From a virus, in the IMG/VR virus record IMGVR_UViG_3300032245_001127: a stretch of 64,000 nucleotides of DNA. One strand, 5' to 3'. Positions 58,810 to 64,000 of this stretch are shown here, in pieces. Positions within the stretch are counted from its first letter, which is position 1; every line of letters begins with the position of its first letter. The position numbers and the translations under genes were made by a program. The notes under the pieces are model-generated. The model saw only the letters and a program-made list of their open reading frames with translations. It was not told the DNA's origin and made no database searches.

Positions 58810-59237
58810 TAATGTATGCTAGTTGACTCTTCTTTATCAAGTAGTCCAGTCTCATAGTTGATTTTCTGTAAATTGTTTGGAGCATCTTTATTTGTATGAA
58901 TATCCCATGATGTTCCAGTAGAATCTTTGACACAATAACGAGGATAAGTGTTATCTATATCATCGACTTTAACTTTTATATGTACTCTTTGATCTTCAAT
59001 ATTTGCGACATTATCGAAACCTGATAAAACGTTTGGCGAATCATGATTGATTAAATCTTGTCTTGATTTATCTAATACGAAAAACACTGAATTGACACAA
59101 TATCTTATGATTGGATCTTCAAACAACTCATCAATATTATCTACAGTTGTTTTTAATTGGAATCCATTTATATCAATATGACAAACTTCGTTTCGCAAAG
59201 TAGCGAATTTAGTTCGTATTTTCGGAACTAATTTCAT
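58809..59237 (-). CDS. Hypothetical protein
   Basis: 142-aa ORF. Confidence 0.65.
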   Translation of the reverse strand: MKLVPKIRTKFATLRNEVCHIDINGFQLKTTVDNIDELFEDPIIRYCVNSVFFVLDKSRQDLINHDSPNVLSGFDNVANIEDQRVHIKVKVDDIDNTYPRYCVKDSTGTSWDIHTNKDAPNNLQKINYETGLLDKEESTSIH

Positions 59238-59243
59238 AATAAT

Positions 59244-59501
59244 TTATTTTGGTTGCTTTTTTGGAACTCTTACTAATGTTTCTATTTTAGTTGTTTTGTC
59301 AATCTTAGGATATTTAACAGTATATAAATCGTTTTCCCATATTCCATTATCTTTATGGAACAGAGTAAATTCATTCGTTTCTAATTTATTTGTAACAGAT
59401 GAACGATGTACTGTTGTTAATTTATTTTCTTCCCAACCACGTATTTCAGCTGGATAAGATTTATTTGTAGACTTTTCTACAATATTACTTATTTTTAACA
59501 T
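59244..59501 (-). CDS. Hypothetical protein
   Basis: 85-aa ORF with GGA RBS. Confidence 0.6.
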   Translation of the reverse strand: MLKISNIVEKSTNKSYPAEIRGWEENKLTTVHRSSVTNKLETNEFTLFHKDNGIWENDLYTVKYPKIDKTTKIETLVRVPKKQPK

Positions 59502-59505
59502 TTTC

Positions 59506-59904
59506 CTATGTTAGTGATGGAAGTAACATTTTTGCTACTTCTTTAGTTATGTTATTATACAATTTAGTTAATGATTGATCTTTAATTGCAAGAATAATTT
59601 TTGCTTCTTTTGGATCTACACTTTCTAATAATTGAATAAACAAAGATTCTCTTTTTAAAGCAGGTAAATCTGCTCTTCTAAAGATATAAAACTTTTTTGC
59701 TTCCATATATAAATTAGATGCTGCCATTCCTGATGGTTCAACAGCTGATTTATATGGTGGGGTTGTTTCTGGTAATAACCATTTTAAATTAATATCAAAA
59801 TTATTTTGTAATATTAATTTTAATGCTGTGTTTGATTTATAGTTATTAATCTTAGTTATATCGTTATTTATCTCTTCTAAGATTTCCCAAATATACTTCG
59901 TCAT
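59506..59904 (-). CDS. Conserved T4-like protein next to rnh
   Basis: W.LPE..PPY, KRE.LFIQLLE.VDPKEA....IKD. Confidence 0.75.
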   Translation of the reverse strand: MTKYIWEILEEINNDITKINNYKSNTALKLILQNNFDINLKWLLPETTPPYKSAVEPSGMAASNLYMEAKKFYIFRRADLPALKRESLFIQLLESVDPKEAKIILAIKDQSLTKLYNNITKEVAKMLLPSLT

Positions 59905-60767
59905 TAAAACTCCTCTATTTCTTGTAATAATAAATTACAACGATTATTCATAAGATAAGTGTATATACTCATCTTATCACCCTTTGGTTTGTTATTCAAG
60001 TACACTTCCATTATATTTTTAGTAATATCTTCAGGGATTTTATCAAGATTTACTAACGCTTCATTCCTTTCCCAATTACGTCTTTGCTCATCATTCTCAC
60101 AAGCATTAATACCTTTACTGAAAAAAGGTGTAAGTCTTTTTTTAGTAATTGGTCGCTGACGTGCATCAGGTTGAGTGAATATATCGTCAGGAGATAATAT
60201 ATTAGGAATACCATCTCCAGCATCACCACGCACTATATGTTCTATAATAAAATTATCAAGTTCATCATATCTTAATGTAACTTTTTTCTTTTGTATTGGT
60301 GAAAATTGTTCTACGTTACCATGTTTTTGTAACTGTTTAAAATCTTTATCAGAAGATATTATAATATGTTTTTCTAATGGATAGGATTTAACTAATATCG
60401 CAATCACATCATCAGCTTCTGTGTTATCTAAATGCATCACTTTGTATGGAAAATATTCAACTAAATCTTTTCTTATTTCTGACATTGTATCGAATATTAA
60501 TTTCCAATCTAAACCACTATCTTCTCTCGCTTGTTTACGATGTGCTTTATATAAAGGAAATACTCTTTTTCTCCAATAGTCTTTACCATCTGCACAAACT
60601 ACTAATTCTCCATAGTCAGCATATTTCTTTTTATAAAATTTAAGAGTAGAAATAACAGCATGTCTTATAATATTTTTTACAGAATTAGCATCACCACCTT
60701 TAACTAAATCAGGTTTAAATGATAATATATTTGAAATTGCTACTTGTGAATAATCTATAAGAATCAT
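59904..60767 (-). CDS. rnh: RNase H / 5'-3' exonuclease
   Basis: MILIDYSQ, YWRK..FP.YKA.RK, EADDVI, SSDKDF.QL, GD.GDGIPN; start moved to MILID. Confidence 0.95.
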   Translation of the reverse strand: MILIDYSQVAISNILSFKPDLVKGGDANSVKNIIRHAVISTLKFYKKKYADYGELVVCADGKDYWRKRVFPLYKAHRKQAREDSGLDWKLIFDTMSEIRKDLVEYFPYKVMHLDNTEADDVIAILVKSYPLEKHIIISSDKDFKQLQKHGNVEQFSPIQKKKVTLRYDELDNFIIEHIVRGDAGDGIPNILSPDDIFTQPDARQRPITKKRLTPFFSKGINACENDEQRRNWERNEALVNLDKIPEDITKNIMEVYLNNKPKGDKMSIYTYLMNNRCNLLLQEIEEF

Positions 60768-61603
60768 ACTGGTAACCAAAATCTATCTATTTTACCTTTA
60801 GTCTCTACAAACTTAGATGCTTCTACGATTGTACCATCAGAAAGAGATTGTTTATATCCTAAGTCTGCCATAAATTTACATAAATCATTCGCTTCATAAC
60901 CTGCTCTTCGACACATATTCTCTTGTATTTCAGTTTGAATAACTGGTCTGTATTTTTTTATAGTTTCTAAACCACCTTTAATTACTTGAAACTCTAATCC
61001 TTCTACATCTATTTTAATTCCATCTACATCTTTAAATTCAAAACTATCTAATGTTTTAGTATAAACAAATTGTGGTGCAGTTCTTTTAGAACGACTTGCT
61101 GCCTTTTTAATCCAACCCTTTTTAGTTAATTTCTTTCCATTAAAATCTAATTCTAAATGGTTATGCCCAGAAGATTTATTATGATCGATAATAGTCGCTC
61201 TTCCCTCAACATCACTAAGAGCATAAGGAAATACTTCTATATCTCCAGTTAGTGTAAGATCTGCGTAAATTTTTTTCTTTTTATCGATTGCGTACCATCC
61301 TTTAGGAGAAGAATTCTTTACTTTATTTAATTCTATATTTTTAAGTAACCATTCTCTTAAGTATGAAGTGGGTTCAAAAGTTTTAACTGATTTTGCCCAT
61401 GTAGCATATTCTATTGTATTTGTTCCTAAGTGACCACCTACATCAATAATAGTTCTTGCATTTTTTGTACAAGATCTAAAATATCTCAAATTGTTTACTT
61501 GATAACCAGCAGAAGCAAGTCTTTGTGTATAAAACCCATCACCCTTTTCTACGTGGTATTTTCTTCCAGTCGCAGATGTAATTATAATAGATTCTTTAAC
61601 CAT
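60764..61603 (-). CDS. FkbM-family SAM methyltransferase
   Basis: IIDVGGHLG, FEP, ALSD, IKIDVEGLE..VIKGG. Confidence 0.9.
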   Translation of the reverse strand: MVKESIIITSATGRKYHVEKGDGFYTQRLASAGYQVNNLRYFRSCTKNARTIIDVGGHLGTNTIEYATWAKSVKTFEPTSYLREWLLKNIELNKVKNSSPKGWYAIDKKKKIYADLTLTGDIEVFPYALSDVEGRATIIDHNKSSGHNHLELDFNGKKLTKKGWIKKAASRSKRTAPQFVYTKTLDSFEFKDVDGIKIDVEGLEFQVIKGGLETIKKYRPVIQTEIQENMCRRAGYEANDLCKFMADLGYKQSLSDGTIVEASKFVETKGKIDRFWLPV

Positions 61604-62051
61604 TAAAATCTTCTTCAGTTAAATTATACTGTGTGGCTATTTCTACAGGAAGAATTTCCCAATTAGATTTTATCATTTCAAAAGATTCATCATCACCATT
61701 ATTATACCATCCAACAAACCCTACACTCTGTTCATAATAGTATGCTTCAACATTATATCCATGTTTTTCTACTATATGGTCATAAAAATTTATTGGTGGT
61801 GACCAAGCTGTATCCATTTCAATAGTAATGGAATTTGGAGAATTACGATTATATTCTGTAATAGTTCCTTCCCACTTAGTTCCCCAATTTTCAATGCACC
61901 AATCGTAATCCCATGTATCGTTTTCTTTATTTGGAAATAATTTTTCAAATAGTTGGGATGGTTGTGTTGAATTGCATTCGTGCTCGATGATATCGATTTT
62001 CGAAGGATCTTCGTGTGATATGTTTACTGTATTTGAACACCAATTAGGCAT
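61596..62051 (-). CDS. DUF1281/YubB-like protein
   Basis: MPNWC.N, YDWC.ENWGTKW, DTAWSPP. Confidence 0.8.
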   Translation of the reverse strand: MPNWCSNTVNISHEDPSKIDIIEHECNSTQPSQLFEKLFPNKENDTWDYDWCIENWGTKWEGTITEYNRNSPNSITIEMDTAWSPPINFYDHIVEKHGYNVEAYYYEQSVGFVGWYNNGDDESFEMIKSNWEILPVEIATQYNLTEEDFNG

Positions 62052-62062
62052 AATATTTAATA

Positions 62063-62091
62063 ATTATATACTATTATATCTTGCAAAGCAA
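62063..62091 (-). promoter_or_regulatory. Sigma70-like promoter with TGCAAG box
   Basis: TTGCTT-tgcaagatataatagta-TATAAT. Confidence 0.7.
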
Positions 62092-63312
62092 TTATTGTTT
62101 TTCAAAGAAAACACGTAATCTTTTTCGTAATTCAAAGAAATACTCGTCATCTGCCAATAAATTGCAAATAATTTTTATTGCTCCTGTTTGTGTTGTTGTT
62201 GCAGTTAAACCAGCTTTTACAAAATTAGAAATGCTCTGAAATCCTAGACCTACTTTAGTGTCAAGAGCAAGAAATAACCCAGATGCTCTCATGTTTGTTA
62301 CAAAACCATCTGCCTTTAATTCTTCTCCAATTAATGTTAATTTTTCTACAATATTTTTACCTTTTTCGAATAAATTATCTCTTTCAATTATTTCTTTTAC
62401 TTTTTTCATTGCACCTATACCAGCCATATTTGGTTGCCAAGTATGTCCCCATTCCCACTCATTCACTTTTAATACTGAACCAATTCTTTCGTTTCCAAGT
62501 GCTGCTCCATGTGGTGCATATCCTGCAGTTAATGCTTTACCAATTGCTGTAATATCTGGTTTAATATTATATCCTGCAGTACTATATCCAAAATAAGATA
62601 ATGATTTACCCCAACATATTGCTACATCATCTGTAATCATATTAATATTATAACGAGTACAAAGTTCTCGAACTGTTTTCCACCAATTTTCACTGTATGG
62701 TAATATTCCATGAATCCAAGGACATGTTTCCATTACAAAGGCACCAATAGTTTTTGAATCTCTTTCAAAACGTTTTACTAATAATTCTAATGACGTTTTT
62801 TCTGCTTTTTCTCTTTCAGTATAAAATTGCCATGTTGGCGCATTTACAGAACGAATACGATTGTGCGGAAACTCCATTGCGTATGGATTGCCCATTGCTC
62901 TTGTTAAATGAGTTGTTCCATGATATCCTGGAGCCATAGTAATAATTAATTCTTTTTCTGGATTTACTCTTTTCCAATAAAGATCATTCATATGAATTGC
63001 AGCTTCAACTGCACTACTTCCTGAGATAGCCCAAGCTAAAACATCAAATTTACCAGCATTCATCGCAAATTGTGCCATTGCTTTCGTATCAGCTTCAGTT
63101 TCTCCAGTATTTCCACGAATAAAAGTTACATTCTTTAATTTATCATTCATTGCTTCTATAATCTCAGTATTATTATAACCAAGTGTATAGGCACTGTTGC
63201 CTGATTGCATGTCTAATAGTTTTGTGCCATCAGACATTACTATCCAATATCTGTCAGTTTTTACAACTGTTTTTTCTATTTCTCCGTGAGAAATATTTCT
63301 TAATTCATACAT
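62092..63312 (-). CDS. Class III PLP-dependent aminotransferase (paralogue of 41549-42778)
   Basis: SGSSAVEAA, YHGTT, DDVA..WGK, PDITAIGKALTAG, WGHTWQPNM. Confidence 0.9.
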   Translation of the reverse strand: MYELRNISHGEIEKTVVKTDRYWIVMSDGTKLLDMQSGNSAYTLGYNNTEIIEAMNDKLKNVTFIRGNTGETEADTKAMAQFAMNAGKFDVLAWAISGSSAVEAAIHMNDLYWKRVNPEKELIITMAPGYHGTTHLTRAMGNPYAMEFPHNRIRSVNAPTWQFYTEREKAEKTSLELLVKRFERDSKTIGAFVMETCPWIHGILPYSENWWKTVRELCTRYNINMITDDVAICWGKSLSYFGYSTAGYNIKPDITAIGKALTAGYAPHGAALGNERIGSVLKVNEWEWGHTWQPNMAGIGAMKKVKEIIERDNLFEKGKNIVEKLTLIGEELKADGFVTNMRASGLFLALDTKVGLGFQSISNFVKAGLTATTTQTGAIKIICNLLADDEYFFELRKRLRVFFEKQ

Positions 63313-63416
63313 TATTTTATTTTTCTCTTAATTGATTTTTTACCCATACTATAACCCATACCAAATGCTAAAGCAATAAAGCTCGCAATTAATAATGTGT
63401 GCCAAATATAAAACAT
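63312..63416 (-). CDS. Small membrane peptide (not in ORF track)
   Basis: MFYIWHTLLIASFIALAFGMGYSMGKKSIKRKIK, fills the gap. Confidence 0.5.
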   Translation of the reverse strand: MFYIWHTLLIASFIALAFGMGYSMGKKSIKRKIK

Positions 63417-63417
63417 A

Positions 63418-63987
63418 TTACTCCTTTGCTTCTAGTTCAACTGTTGGAAAATGAATATAATCTTCATATTCAATTGCATATTTAATCATATCTGCAACGT
63501 TATGTACTGTAAGTTTTTTTCCAGTATATTCGTTCGCTAATGGTGTTTCTACCCAAGATGGTCTAATCATTGTAACTTTAAATGGAGTGTGTAACTTTTG
63601 TATTCTTCTTGTTTCTTTATCTAATAATTTTTTATATTTCCAATAATCATTAAATCCATATTGTACTTCACTTTCTTCATCCCAATAAGAAGTAGCCATA
63701 CTTCCAATTACAATACAAAGTTTTTTTGAAGTTCCATAAAGTTCATGTAATTCTTTTAAACAAGAATGTTGTTCTCCTGTATGTGCGTTTAATACAATAT
63801 GAGTTGCGTCTTTACAGTTTGAAATAAATGATGAATAGGTTGTTTGTTCGTGAAGATTTTGTGAAGATTTAATATCATAACCAATAACTTGCCAATTAGA
63901 TTGTCCAGAATAATAATTATAAATTGTATTTCCGATTGTTCCTAAATGACCAGTAATGACCATTTTATAATTACCAAGTTTTTCCAT
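63418..63987 (-). CDS. Short-chain dehydrogenase/reductase
   Basis: ITGHLGTIG, LNA, IGS, Y...K, IRPSWVETP. Confidence 0.8.
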   Translation of the reverse strand: MEKLGNYKMVITGHLGTIGNTIYNYYSGQSNWQVIGYDIKSSQNLHEQTTYSSFISNCKDATHIVLNAHTGEQHSCLKELHELYGTSKKLCIVIGSMATSYWDEESEVQYGFNDYWKYKKLLDKETRRIQKLHTPFKVTMIRPSWVETPLANEYTGKKLTVHNVADMIKYAIEYEDYIHFPTVELEAKE

Positions 63988-64000
63988 ATAATATTTTTAT

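Noticed and set aside
1-64000. Stop-codon recoding, introns, inteins or reverse transcriptase elements
   Set aside because: Core genes are full length in the standard code and none of these signatures was seen

Overview
64 kb of an AT-rich T4-like myophage genome in the standard genetic code. The host is probably a streamlined aquatic proteobacterium (inference from bS21, IHF-type sites and low GC). 1-33.7 kb: virion module with a large structural ORF running off the left edge, fibre proteins, a DUF4815-type protein, gp8-7-6-25-PAAR-5-hub-53-48 on the minus strand, and divergent gp4-2-54-16-26-51-tape-measure-like plus a HAD phosphatase. 33.8-45.7 kb: gp32, gp59, gp33, many small early genes, an SleB-like hydrolase, bS21, a class III aminotransferase, an exonuclease, a GH19 endolysin and a DenV-like glycosylase. 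45.7-57.1 kb: a compact biosynthetic-looking island of ten HxD...H Fe(II) dioxygenase paralogues in two families flanking an amidinotransferase, an AdoMetDC-like decarboxylase and a FabF ketosynthase, then tRNA-Arg(ACG) and a desaturase. One dioxygenase appears fused to a domain resembling the phage's own gp26, and late-promoter motifs precede the island's genes, suggesting a late virion- or envelope-decorating system. 59-64 kb: RNase H, a FkbM methyltransferase, a second aminotransferase and an SDR. Three promoter classes can be read directly: IHF-site-linked sigma70 promoters, sigma70 promoters with a conserved TNCAAG spacer box, and CTAAATA late promoters, many implying near-leaderless mRNAs. 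All family assignments are from motif recognition, not database searches.
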